Positions 32,981 to 45,800 of a stretch of DNA of 64,000 nt are shown in pieces. The DNA lies in contig CM060733.1 in assembly GCA_030704615.1 (NCBI GenBank), positions 48,670,001-48,734,000 on the forward strand. Reading direction: 5' to 3'. The DNA is from Takakia lepidozioides. Lineage: Eukaryota > Plantae > Bryophyta. Each line of letters begins with the position of its first letter. The first letter of the stretch is position 1. A program made the position numbers and the translations under genes. Under the pieces are notes generated by a model. It searched no databases and was not told the DNA's origin. It worked only from the letters and a program-made list of their open reading frames with translations.

Positions 32981-34956
32981 ATGCTAATGCTATCAAAGGG
33001 CATTAAATCGCACAAGCTGAAACTGAATTTGGTTGGAGTATTGGGGTTCAGAAACAAGGGGTTGCAAGGGGTGAGAGAATCTGGCCAGCTCGCTCGATCG
33101 ATTAAGACTAGCTCCAGGCTCCTTACTTCCGGGTCGTCAAGATGGAAATCCGACACAGAATTGGGGGATGCGCACAATTCGTCAGAGTTGGCGAAGCTCG
33201 AAAGCACGAAGTCAATTCCACTCGCCTGGTGAGTGTGCGGACTTTTTGCCACTTTTTTTTTTATCTTTATTCCTCTATATGCTGAAGTCGACAGCTGCCC
33301 GAGCATGATGGATTCTGTTCGTCAATCTCAACTCTGAGATTGGCGGGTAGAGCATCTTCGCGATTGATCTAGGGTTTATTTGGGTAGATGGCAGGACTGT
33401 GTTGTTTGAATAGTTCGCATCAGCTGTTTTTTTACCGCACAATTTTCTTCATATGAAAGACGTTTTACGGATTGAGTTGTTGCGTGAGTGGGTTTCGCAG
33501 GTGGGAGCATTACAAGCCTCGAAACATGCTTAGTCGCATCTCTAGATTTTTCATGCCCTCAGTCCTGCCCTCGAACCACAGGTGAGATTTCCCATAGTAA
33601 GGGCGGACCTCTCTTCGCATTACAATGATCCACTGAGGGTGTTACATTGTTGAGGACCCAGTGGGAGAGTTATTGAAGACCAAAGAATGCAAAAGGTTTG
33701 AAGTACTCTGTTTGATTTGTCAATTGTTACTACATTTGAGCACAAAGTACATCTGCGATAATCTGTTAATACTGGAACGGGCGTATGTGAAGGACTTGAT
33801 CGATGAGGGGACTTGGTTGTTGTTGAGTACTCGTTGTGAAGACACTAGGGTCAAGGATTGGGATTTTTAGTGACAAATCAAGCTGAAATGTGTGTGCCAA
33901 GGGCAGTTACAGGACTTCGTGTATGGGCAGTTCCGCACCTAGTCATAGGCAACATGATTTCCTTGTTGAGGAGATGTAGACACCTATCTCATCACCAAGC
34001 TAAGAAGGAACTTGCTGTGTTATTGCTAGTACATCCATTAAGGGAGGAGAAGCCGGTGGGTCTCTTACAAATGAAGAGATGGCGGAGGCTCAGGATGCCT
34101 TTGTAGTGTTTATGAAGGGCGAAGATGGCCAAAGCCTGGGCACAAAGGAGCTGGGGGCTTTGATGCGCTCAATGGGCCAGAATTTGAGTGAAGCCGAACT
34201 CCAAGAAATCATGAAAGTAGTAAACAGTCCAGGAATTGGGGGTGATCCTCAGCTTGACTTCCCTGGATTCATGCAATCCATGGTTCAGAATATGGAGGGG
34301 ACCAAGCTGGGAAAGGAGCTCAGATCAGTCTTCAAGGTAATTGACTGATCAGGCCTGTGAAGTGGATTGATGTGATAATAGATTTTCTTCCCAGTGTTTG
34401 GTTGGCCCTGCTTGCTATTTGTGCACATTGGAAGGTTGCTGATAGGCCTGACATGGGTTGGGCTTTGCTGGAAATTGGTTAACCCTATTTCTCAAGGTGC
34501 AGAGGGCTGCCTTCCTCAGCTCTGGAGTGAATTGGTGCTATATGAGCCCTTTTTGTCTCCAGTTTAAGTTTTTTAGTACAACACCTGCCATTTGTCCTAT
34601 GGCTCTCTAATCATCACTACCTTATTGGTGAAGGCAACACCCTTTCAAGCCTTGAGTGGAAATAAGAATGCATTATAACTGAAGAGTAATGGCTGTAGTA
34701 TGGCAGGATCATTGAACTTGTCTTTCAACCACTGTCACTAATGACAATGTTGTGTGGATACCAGGAAATTGATAAGGATGGGGATGGTTTTGTGTCAGCA
34801 ATTGAGTTAAGGCAAGCTATAGCAGACATGGGTGCAATACTGACTGATGCTGACTTTGAAGAGATGGTGAGCGATGCCCGTGTGGGCCCAAATGGCCTTT
34901 TGAATTTTGAGGACTTTGTCAAAGCAATGATGGCCCAGTCAGAATTTTGGGGCTGA
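32981..34956 (+). CDS. Calmodulin-like EF-hand protein with a probable N-terminal extension
   Basis: Core exons ~34030-34336 and 34765-34956 (LTNEEMAEAQDAF, TKELGALMRSMGQNLSEAELQ, EIDKDGDGFVSAIELRQ, LNFEDFVKAMM). Upstream exon ~32981-33228 with GTGAGT donor is inferred. Confidence 0.8.
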
Positions 34957-35883
34957 GTGTCCTATCTATTATAATGATCAATGTCATATATGTCACTCTA
35001 AATTAGAGAACCGTCTTATAAGGGGTGGATCTGAGATTTTGCAGGTATTCTGCTGAGAAGGTAGGCTAGGAGATACAATGTGGAGAAATTATTTAAACAG
35101 ATGTATAAGAAAAACAAAGATAACTCTAATTCAAAGTTGCCACATGATGCAAGTCAGTGAGATGCAGTGGACTTGTTTTGAAATTATCTGTTTTTGTTGA
35201 AATGTGAAAAGAAGGTAGATTGTGGTTGAAGCATACCTAGGTAGCATTGACAGGTTGCAGTAGGAACTGCTGGCGACCCTAATCTGCAGCTTTTTATGAA
35301 GGGTCACTCCCTGCTGAGCACATTTTCATCCCTCAATGAACTACATTCCTCAAACCCAGAAGGCAATTCCATTTGGATAACACCTTACCACTGCTTGATA
35401 AGAAAGAAGAACTTTATTGCATCCACTGGAAACTCAGATAAAAGATAAATCAGATAAATCAGAGGCAAAGCTGGCTTGTGGCTGGCCAATTTTGCGAGGG
35501 ATGCATCACGGGATGGATTCTATTCACTCACAAATTTTGCTGCAGTTCACACAGAACATTTCAACATCTCACAAGATCAGCCAAACAAGGCTGTCTATCG
35601 GAACAAGGGCACTTAATGAGTGTTGTACCCCAGAGTGTAAATAACCTCTGCCTTAGTGTCAAGCAAGTCCCAGCAAAACTGATTGCTCTCTCTGTTCCTC
35701 ATCACAAATAAGCAACTAGTACAATGCATCGTGGGGTCAGTCTGGAGTGATGGGTTCACAGAAATCACATTGCCTGTCTTAGCTCTGGGGTTGTTACGCC
35801 AACAACATATGGTATCAGAACTCTGAAGTTGCAACCATTCTAGATGACATCATTAAGAATGAGGGTCACTTCCAAGAGGGTAG

Positions 35884-38800
35884 CTAGCCAATGCCGCTGC
35901 CACTGCTCACTGCCACATGATGCATTGGACTGGTTGCAGAACTCTTTGTTTGTTCGATGCCATTGTTTCCTTCACCCTCCATATCCTCCTCATCACTTTC
36001 CATAGTGTCATCCTCACTCTCATCTGAGCTTGTGTCAACTCCTTTTCGAGATACCTTGGGCTGCTGCACCACAGTTGGTCGCAACAAGACCCATGCACGG
36101 TGCTTTTCCACTCTTGGCCCATTTTCCACTTTCGTGATCTTCTCCAGCTGCAGCCATGATGCAAAGGAAACCCACACAAAGTGGTGCTGTTCTCCACTTA
36201 AAACCATACACAAGCCTGCGGCACTACTTTTAATCAATTATGAAACGAGGCTCTACCAAGATTGGCACCACCAAATCAGTCATTTGGTCAAAAAGGAAAT
36301 ATGCAGTAGGTAAATACCATAGTCATCATGCGCTGCAAAATTTGTCCTCCAACTTTGTCCACCTCATCTTTAGCATGCGATTGCACCACCACCTATATCC
36401 ACTAGCACACAATTTAACCTGAATGCCCTACCTTACCGTCGTCATTTCTTTAGCCACCCTTCCTGTTTCCCTCTCCTCAATTGCCAACTCAACCCCTGCA
36501 AGCAAGCTGGCTTATTATAGGATGTGGCAAAGCAAAGTTCCGCAGCCCATTCATCCTCTGCAGGCACACTGCACTCAGCCTACACGTCACACCCTTTTCC
36601 TTTGAGGGTGTCACTGGAAGTGCAACCAAAGAAAGAAAAGTGTTTTGCCTCTTCAAAGTGTGCACAAACCTTTTTATCAATCTAGTGGTGGAGGACAGGA
36701 AGGGGGGTAGAGCCTCCAAAAATAGAAGGGGGCTACCCCTTCAGACCAGAAGGGCCACCCTAAGGTCAAAGCCTAGAAACGTCTCTGCCAAAAAATAATT
36801 CTGTACTGCCACAGTGGTGCAACAACTCTGCTACCTTAAACCTGGAGCAAGGACATGGCTCAAGGCAATGGCAAACACAGTTCAATGAGTACATTCTCTC
36901 AAACACACTGGCCACATGCTTTACTGTGTGAATGTGTCACCTTGATGCGGTGGCCACGAGTCAGGAGCCTTGAAGCAATCTCAGCCTTCAGTTCTAGATC
37001 CTTTTGCTCCTGCACCCTCCTAGTCCCATCCATTTAGAGTTTGCTTTTGCATACAGAACAGCTGCCAACAGGGTTTGATGGAAAAGAAAAATGCCCCCAT
37101 TGGACAGAGAAAACCTTGACAGTCTGAAACTCCCTTTCAACAGTCCAGTGGGAATAATCTACATGTCCATCTATTTGTTCAAAGTCCGTGGATCTATGCA
37201 TGAGAATCTGTGCATTCTGACCTGGGTATGCAGGTGGATGGAGAAGAAAAGTGACTCACCCACGAGATTAACAGAGATTGTACAGCATAATAAATTAGGA
37301 ATCTGGCATCAAGAGGTTGTCTTACCAATGGTCCGTGTATCCTATGTGGGAGGACTATATATGCCCACCTATCCTCTATTTATGCTCATTGGAAGTTGGT
37401 TGGTGAGTGGGTAAGAGTACTCGGGAATAGGGACATACCGTTCTAGTGCTGAAGCGCACCTCTTTCAAATCATCCAACCGCCTCCTTTCCAACTGAACCA
37501 TCCAGAGTCACACAAGATATCATCAACCGCCACTACCTCTTTGAACAAATAAATGAAGAGATGATGGCGAGACAGAGATGGGAAGTAGTATGATAGGTAC
37601 ATTTGAGCTTGTTTAAAGCTCTTGTCTAGGTGTGTGCTTTGATGTCTGAGATGGCTGTGTGTATGTACAATGCACTTTGCTGCACAACAAGGGGCAAGCA
37701 AACGAGACACATTTGCATCCGCAGCTGGAAGCATACAAACCGGAATATTCAGGGTGCTGCTCTCCCACCTGCTTTTTGCGAAGCTCTTTCTCGCGTCGCT
37801 TCTCCTTGAAACGCTCCTTGCTGAAGTCCATCAGCTTGCACACAGGAGGATCTGCCCTTCCATCCACCTGGACCACATTCCGTAGACCGTCAACATCCGT
37901 TTGAGTTGTATGACCTAACAATGAGCTAATACACAAACCAGTGCTGCTGCTGCCACTGCCACCACCTTCCCACGTCCTTTGACTCCATGGAAGAATGGTT
38001 TAGTGACCACTTAAGGATTGGTACGTAGCGCAATGATCAGTTGAGAGCATTGCTGGAGACAGACAAACTCATTGGCCACTCTGTTGAAAGCAAAGTCCAT
38101 GAAAAATACCAAACCAAAGACCCAGCTTGTTGGTTATTTGTCCACTGGAATATTCAATTGAGACTAAGATTACCAAAAGATCATGCAGAGATGATAACAG
38201 ACACACTACTTAGTTAATTCAAGGGATGGCATTCCACAAAAACACATTTCATCAGTTTCTAAACTCTAGATTCTGAGAAAGAAATAGGGTACGGATTGAT
38301 GTGGAGGCTTGAGAAAACCAGCTGCAGACAATGACCAAGCCTTGTGTTTGGGGGAATGAGGGGAGGGGGAAACAGTTCTTGAGAACATGTAGGTAGCAGA
38401 AGTCTGCCCGCCCCTCTGTAAGAAACCTAGGTATGTTCGGACACAAATTCCTCTGTTCGGGCAGTTATAGACAAGACCAAGTAGCAAGAAGTCCAAACCA
38501 AGTTCGGAACCCTTAAACCCTGACCTAAATCCAGCTGACTGTGAAGAACTTGACAAACACTGCAATCTGTGAGTATATATGTAAATCAAAATACACTAAC
38601 AACACGCTCTCTAGAATCAAAACAACACACACACACACACAAACTCTCACTCTCGAGGGTACCCAGATGCATTGACCTACCTCGACAAGATCCAACCCTG
38701 CCACATGAGCACGGTTCAGTGCTTCGAATCGAGTCAAAATCTCATGACCTGTATGTTCAAACAAGTCACCAGAATTACAGATAATCGCACCCGTCCCAAC

Positions 38801-39327
38801 CTCAACGGCTCGCGCACTAAGGCAGTAGAAAGGAGGCCTAGTATTCAAAAAACACACCAGAATCAGTGACGAGGCGCACATTTCTCGCCACAACTGCTCG
38901 GTTGATGCGGCGATCGCCCTTGTCAGGCCCCAGCTTTTCCCCCTTGCCGTCTCCGGAAGCGTTCCCAGTTCTGCTCTGCACGGAGATCCAGGTCAATACA
39001 AACCTGCAAATCCACATGCTCTAAAACAGCTTCTGTCTCCAACGTGCATCAGGATGGCAGAAAGGAACACCAACGCAACAGAGCATTCATTCCCGAAAAG
39101 CGGAAACGTAACTAGCCCCAATCGATAAGAAAGAGGAGTCTGCATACAAGTGGAGCAGCATAAAATCTCCAAACGCGCCAAGTATGCGGCACTGGTGGTG
39201 CTGGTGAAGGAGCTGCGCTACTAGCAACACCACCACGAGCCAAGAGACCGCAATTTGCTTTGTGGCAGCTCACTCCCGAGTACTGCGAGATGAATGCCAC
39301 CAAACGGGGCCATGTCCGCGGCCGCAT
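35884..39327 (-). CDS. Translation initiation factor IF-3, mitochondrial type (~8 exons)
   Basis: Spliced: MRPRTWPRLVAF.. (presequence-like), RINRAVVARNVRLVTDS-GHEILTRFEALNRA..LDLVE-VDGRADPPVCKLMDF..K, LKEVRFSTRT-EQKDLELKAEIASRLLTRGHRIK-VVVQS..-LEKITKVENGPRVEKHRAWVLLRP, then an acidic tail. Confidence 0.9.
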
Positions 39328-39331
39328 CTCC

Positions 39332-39363
<32 letters not shown>

Positions 39364-39807
39364 ACTCACAAGACCTCACCTTCCCCCATCGCAGTTAGAA
39401 ACACAAGCTTCCATGGCGACAGACAGCCTTGGTGAAGAAGAAGACAAGTTCACCAGACAAAACCTCGCCGTCACACCCCTCTGTGGATTCGAACCCAGCA
39501 CCAATAGACTCCTGGCATTATCAGCAGCCTCCAGATATAAGGTCCGGTCCAACCAAATGATCCCACGTGTAAAATTTATGAATTAACTGGGATTGTTCGG
39601 TTATAATATAATGTTTAGGAGGAAGGAGAAGGAGAGTGTCGTCGTCGTCACGAGCTCCGAGGGCCATCTCCTTCGCAGCGAAGAAGAGAGCTTGAACGGA
39701 GCTTTGCTTCGTGTGTTTTTGGAGCTCGAAGGAGCTTCGTTGTGATCGCAAGAAAGAGAAATAGAGGAGAAGTAGGAAGAGGGAGTGCGAGGAGAGCCCT
39801 CCCCATC

Positions 39808-42800
39808 ATGGGGACGGGCAATGCTGTGGGCTGGCCAGCTGTGCTGGGGCCAGCTGCTCGCCATAGCCCGTGCTTGCCCTCTGTTGGACTGTCCTTAAAT
39901 CCGCTACCGATTTCTCGCAGAAGGCCTGCTGCAGGTGAAGCTGGTTTTTTTTGGGGTGGGAATCGTGGAAGCAGGCATACTACGGGCGTGGAGTGCTGCG
40001 GAGGTGTGTTGGGCTCACGGGAGTTGACGGAGTATTTGGTAAGTGGTTTGAATTGAACTCCCTCCAGCTTTGAGTGAAGGGGGTTGTTGCCAACGGTCTG
40101 CACATGTTGTCTGGCAGTTTGAATTTTAGTTTAATTTGGAGCGAATTTTCTTGAGGAATGTACAACGCACTGGTCCAGCAGCCTTCGTGTATGGGGAAAG
40201 AGATATGCGTCCTGCTGTGCATCATAATTTTTCCTTCTATGGAGGAAATGTGAAGACGGAGGAGATGACTTTGGCAACATTTCGAGCATCCTTTTGAAAT
40301 GAGTGTACTGTACAGTCTTTGGTGCAGTGGCAATATTTGTTGTCTCATATTGGCTTCACACTTGGCATTGCAGCTCCTGAAAAGTAACGATGATGAGATA
40401 ACAAGCAGTTCGGGATGTGTGCAGACAACCATTTAATTTCAAATTTGAAAATGAAACGTCAACATCGTTAACTTTGCCTGAGGGAGTAGGAGCACAGAGG
40501 TTGACCAAAGAACTGCTAGCTCTAAAGTGTTGATAAATACAGGGTGGAGGGTGAAGTAAAGGTTGGGCAGAACTGAAATATGGGCATTTCCTTTCTGTGG
40601 GGACAGCACAACTCGCCCCTGCACTTGCCTGATGCTTGCTGAGTTTGCTGAACTCCTGCTGTACATCTTGGATGGTTGCCTTTTGTTACATTCAGAAGAG
40701 CACGAGACAAAAGCTGCCTGCCAATATAGAATTTTATGTTTCACTGGAGACAAGTAGTTTTTCCTCCAAAAAGTGGGGCGTCATAATCAATTTCACTGAC
40801 TGCAGTGATGCCAAGATTTGCTCTATGGATTGTGAAGTGGGTAAACCAGATATAACTTACCCAGGTGCTGTGTTAATCACTTCACCCTGTCACACTTCAC
40901 TGAAGATTTGCTAATGGTTGACCTTTTTGAGGTTGGGTGCCTTCATATCTAGCCAAGTGGGGGCATCAGCTCTTGAGATAGTTGAATACATGGATTGATG
41001 ACTAAATACCAACAGGGGTTGAAGAAACGATGGCGGAAGTCGAGGTCCTTTCTGTCTCAAACTGTTAGTAGAACTCAAAAGGTCAGAAACCTGAAGCAGG
41101 ATGGTGAATGGTCCACAATTGAATCTGGTAAGCGAGATCGGGAAAAACATCAAGATCGAACAGTCCACAAGTCGGCCACATTTGGGGGCCTTGGACTCTT
41201 GAAAGAAGATGAGAAAATAGATTCTTATGGATCGCTCAACTATGTCGACAAAGATTGGCTTCACATGGTTTGTATCTACCTTTTTCCTTCTACTTTATAA
41301 TTGCGGGCTTCTCCCTCTCTCCTTCTTTTTTCTGTGGATCTTCAGGCTGCGGCACACAACGTTTACAAGTACATTCTTTTCTGTGGATCTTCTAGTTTTC
41401 ATCTATATGGCACTATAAGAGAGCACCATATGATGATAGTCAATGATGGTTTGGGTTTGGTAGTTGATGCTGAGCAGGTCACTAAACTCAAAAACCCCAT
41501 TTTTTCATGGAGTGAGCACAGACTGTGGAGTCCTCTATAGTCTGTGGCCCAAAAGTTTCTAGGGTACTGTGGGCAGTACAGCTAATCAGTGGTATATGGG
41601 TAGCAGATTGATGAGGTTGGCGATCTACCAGACGCTCCTTTTTTGGATGCTGTAGTTAAGGTGTGTCTTATCCGCCCCTCTTTATTACAACTCTAGGAGG
41701 AGTATGGTCGTTATGTTTCATGACCTATTATGACCTATTCCAAAGAATTCTGCTGGATTTGAAGCTATCTAATTTACGAAAATGATATTGTGTTATCGTC
41801 TTCCTCCTTTTCTTTGAAACTGATCCCCCCTTTCTGTGTGTATCTATGTCTCTCTCTGTCTAACATACACACTTGGGTAGTACTTTAGCCTCACCAAACA
41901 AGTAAAGGCCGTATCTTTATGAAATGACCTGATCAGCATGTGCTTATGTACATTGAACTCGACATTCATTAAACCGTCCTGTACACTGTTTTGCCATTCT
42001 TTGTACTCGATTACAGAGGTTACCAGGGTTTTCGCATTGAGATATACTCAATTATGTAGTGCAAGGTAGGATTCTGAGATGCGATTCTAAAGCTTGGTGT
42101 TTGTCCTTTCAAGCGCTGATTGTGGTATGTTGGAACGACAGGTGTATTGCACACACACGGATCCCAACTTTTCTCTCCCGTGGCAGAAACGCAGACAATA
42201 CTCCTCTACAGGCAGGCAAGCACTTCTTGTTCTCTTCATGGAATTTTGAGTTGATAAAAGCTACCATTAGCAAGAAAACAGCTGTTGGTAGGTGGGAGGT
42301 GACCTATTTTCAATGCTGTGGCGGTTATTCTGAATTCCTGGTTTCAAGTGATTGTAACAACAGTGTGGGTGGAATTTCAGGCCACCTTTGCATCGGTATG
42401 TACGTCATCTTAGTTAGGGGGCTGTTGACGAGAGGAACAGTTTGGCTTGAAAGCTCATCTGACATGACTCTTTCTTCTTGTGCAGTGGCTTCATGATTCC
42501 TGGTCGCAGATTACTGACAAATGCACACTGCGTGGAGCATCACACACAGGTGGGCCCAATATTATCATATTTGTCCAACTTCAATGCCGTCAATCTTCAC
42601 ATCCTTAGGGTTGCTACCTAGGATTTACATTTGGTGCAATTGCTCTGTTGTGGGACAATTACTTTAGACTGTTTCAGCACTGTGTCTCTCTCTGTCCCTC
42701 TCCTCCACCTGCATAACTGGAGGACACATGTGATTTTGGATTAAGGATTTCTGGATACAAAGGTCACTGGTTGCACAGACTGGCATGTAGCAGTTAACTG

Positions 42801-45800
42801 TATTTTAAAAGCACACTTAGAACTTTCTACTTCAGGAAATTGGTTATTTAGCATTGTTTCACTGTTCAGAATCATTATGTTTGTGCTTCTCTGGGAACAT
42901 ATTGTAGTTGATATCTGAAGGGCCTGCCAGTTAGTTGTAACTAGCTTGAGCCGCAAAACTTGTGTCCGATACAGGGTCCAAGGTCACTCTGCCAATTTAG
43001 CAGTCACAACATTCTTAATTCTTATATTGACTTGACCTATTCATAATCAGTTTCTGTTGCAAATTAAATAGTCCTGCTACAGTGGTAACTGGGGGAGGTA
43101 GCTTTGCGGTTATGGACTTCAGCGAATAGTTCTTGGTTTGTTCCATCTGTCCCATGGGCCCTTCTGTGGCCATCTGCAGATGTGATAACGTTTTTTACTT
43201 TCTTTCTTGCTAGAGTGGTATCCCCTACCCAGCGCATGCTGGACATATTCCACATAAGACTTGAGTTAGGCTGATGCTGAGGCATTTAGTACAAAGATAC
43301 CCATGCAAAACAAGATCGTAGCTGGTGCTCACATATCAAACTGGCCGCTTGATGTGGGTGCAGATTGAGGTGGCACCAGTCCAGAGCCCGCTGCAGCTCT
43401 TTCCCCGCCCCCTGCCCCCACCCCTCTAAACAAAGTGTGTGGCTTGCCAACACACCGAGGACTATCATCTAGTTACGAAGAGAGCCTGTACATTCTTGCC
43501 TGTTGGCTTAGTTCTTACCTGGGTGGCTCACATGATCTTTGACTGAAGGTCATCGTCTTCGAATCCCTTATTTATGGATCTTCCACTTGATAGTGGATTT
43601 ATGTATCCCATTCTTTTAAAGAGCTATTTCCTCCAGTGTACATGTGTTTAGATTGGCTTTTGAGTAATGCTCTTATTCCAGGTTCCTGGTACAGATGTTG
43701 AGCTGTGTGGTTATCAATAGTCAGACAATGATTTTGCATGCACCCATTGAAGTTCTGGGGTTAGCTGAAGTGTGCGAATGTTTATGACTTGACGACCCAG
43801 CCAAAATTGGGATCTGATACATGCCTATGGGAAACTGTCTTTGCTTTAGTTTAGTGGTATTGCAAGCCGACTTTACTGATCTTTATGGGCTCCATTCTTA
43901 CACGGGCTATCCCTCTATGTATTTCCATCAGCCTATGTTCCCAGATTTAATGCCTCTGCCCCTACACTTGTGAACGACCCTCTTGTCCTAGCTCTGTTTA
44001 TGGAGCCAACCTAGTTGATTTGGACATGCATGCATATCTTTAGAGAGTACAGTAGCTTTTTGTAGTTTAACTGATGTGTGTCACATACTAAAACCTGACC
44101 AACTTGAAAAAGAGGTGGACACTGCCAAAGCTTGCATATAGTATGGTGTACTACCTTCCCTTAGAAGGTCGACACCTTTTAACGGCCCACACATTTGGTC
44201 CTAGTGACCTCTTTTTATATTATATTATAGTGACCTCCTTTTCCTTTCATATTTTACATCCAACATATTGAAATCAATGGCCACTTGTAATGCGGCCCTG
44301 TGTCCTAACCACTGGGCCATCTCTTAGATGCTTGACCAAGCGATTAACGTTCAGTCAAGTAGTAGAGGTCTTCCACTGAGGGTCTAGATGGGAAAATATG
44401 TTATTTCCGCACCACAAATATCTTGGAGAAGGGAAATTTAGGGGTGCTGATTTTTGTAAACTCTTGATATGATCTTGCTCAACAGGTGAAGGTGAAGAGG
44501 AGAGGAGACGACACTAAATTTGTTGCAACTGTATGTTCTCTACCTTCAACACATTCTTGGGTCTGCATTTAATGATTGGTGTGCAATGCAAATGTGTGCT
44601 TTGGTTTTGCAGTCTTGCTAAAGTAATTACTATTGTACAGCACATGGAAAGTATACGAATTGTATGGCCTTGATGCCACACGGTTCACTTTTATCTGCTT
44701 CTACAACATATTCTCTCAGATATGGGGATCATGATCTATCGAACTGCAGGTTTTGGCAATAGGGCCAGAGTGTGACATAGCTCTACTTTCAGTTGAGGAT
44801 GAAGAGTTCTGGAACGGGGTGGAGCCCTTACGATTTGGGAACCTTCCTCGCCTACAGGTTCTTTGCAAAGCTGCAAGCTTATAGTCTCTTGTTTTCTACA
44901 TTGAATGCTAGTAGCCAGTTTGCCTCTGAATTCACTGTGTAGGTTGTAGAGTCTCTCTTGCTCCAATGATCCTGTTTGTGGGTAGCTTAAAGACAGCTAG
45001 ATCCACAGGGTGTGGGCTAACAAAGTTAAACTGGCTTGCAGGATGCAGTTACTGTTGTAGGGTATCCTATTGGAGGAGATACAATTTCCGTTACAAGTGG
45101 TGTCGTTTCTCGTATTGAGGTGATGGCACCTTCCTCCTTGTTATCATCCTCCCTTTATAGGCATGGGCCTTTGAAAGAGTGTGCAGGGAACAATGTGTGC
45201 TCCAGCAGGAATGGCCTTCCTCTCCATTGCAGAGGCAAGGCATTAGCAGGATATTAAGAAAATGCACAACTTCCTTTCTGATCTAGCTGCAAATGTACAG
45301 GTGACGTCATATGTGCATGGAGCATCAGAACTCCTGGGTGTGCAAATTGATGCAGCTATCAATGCAGGTACCATCTCAGTCAACAGTCAATCCTTTATGT
45401 TTACTTACCGCATGTTTTAGGATGAACTTGCGCAATTTGTAGCCAAATTATATATTTACCTGGAGGTCTGTACTGCGAGAAAACCAACATTTACCTGCTC
45501 CCTCCCCATATAAAAGCCCCGCCAATTAGCATTTTGTGTCAGTGATGATGCAGAGAATTCAATCATGGCTTGATTGATGATCATTGTTGTTGATATGTAA
45601 TTAACCACCTTTAGAGCCCCTCTAATTTTTGGTTGTCAGTGAAGGTGCACATATTTTATATTATCATTAAATCTTGTCATTATATGATGCTGGGAGCTTA
45701 GGAAACAGTGGAGGTCCAGCATTCAATGACAAGGGTGAATGTGTAGGTATCGCCTTCCAGGTGCCCTTCCCCTGCCCTTGTACTTTGTTTGTATGTTCTA

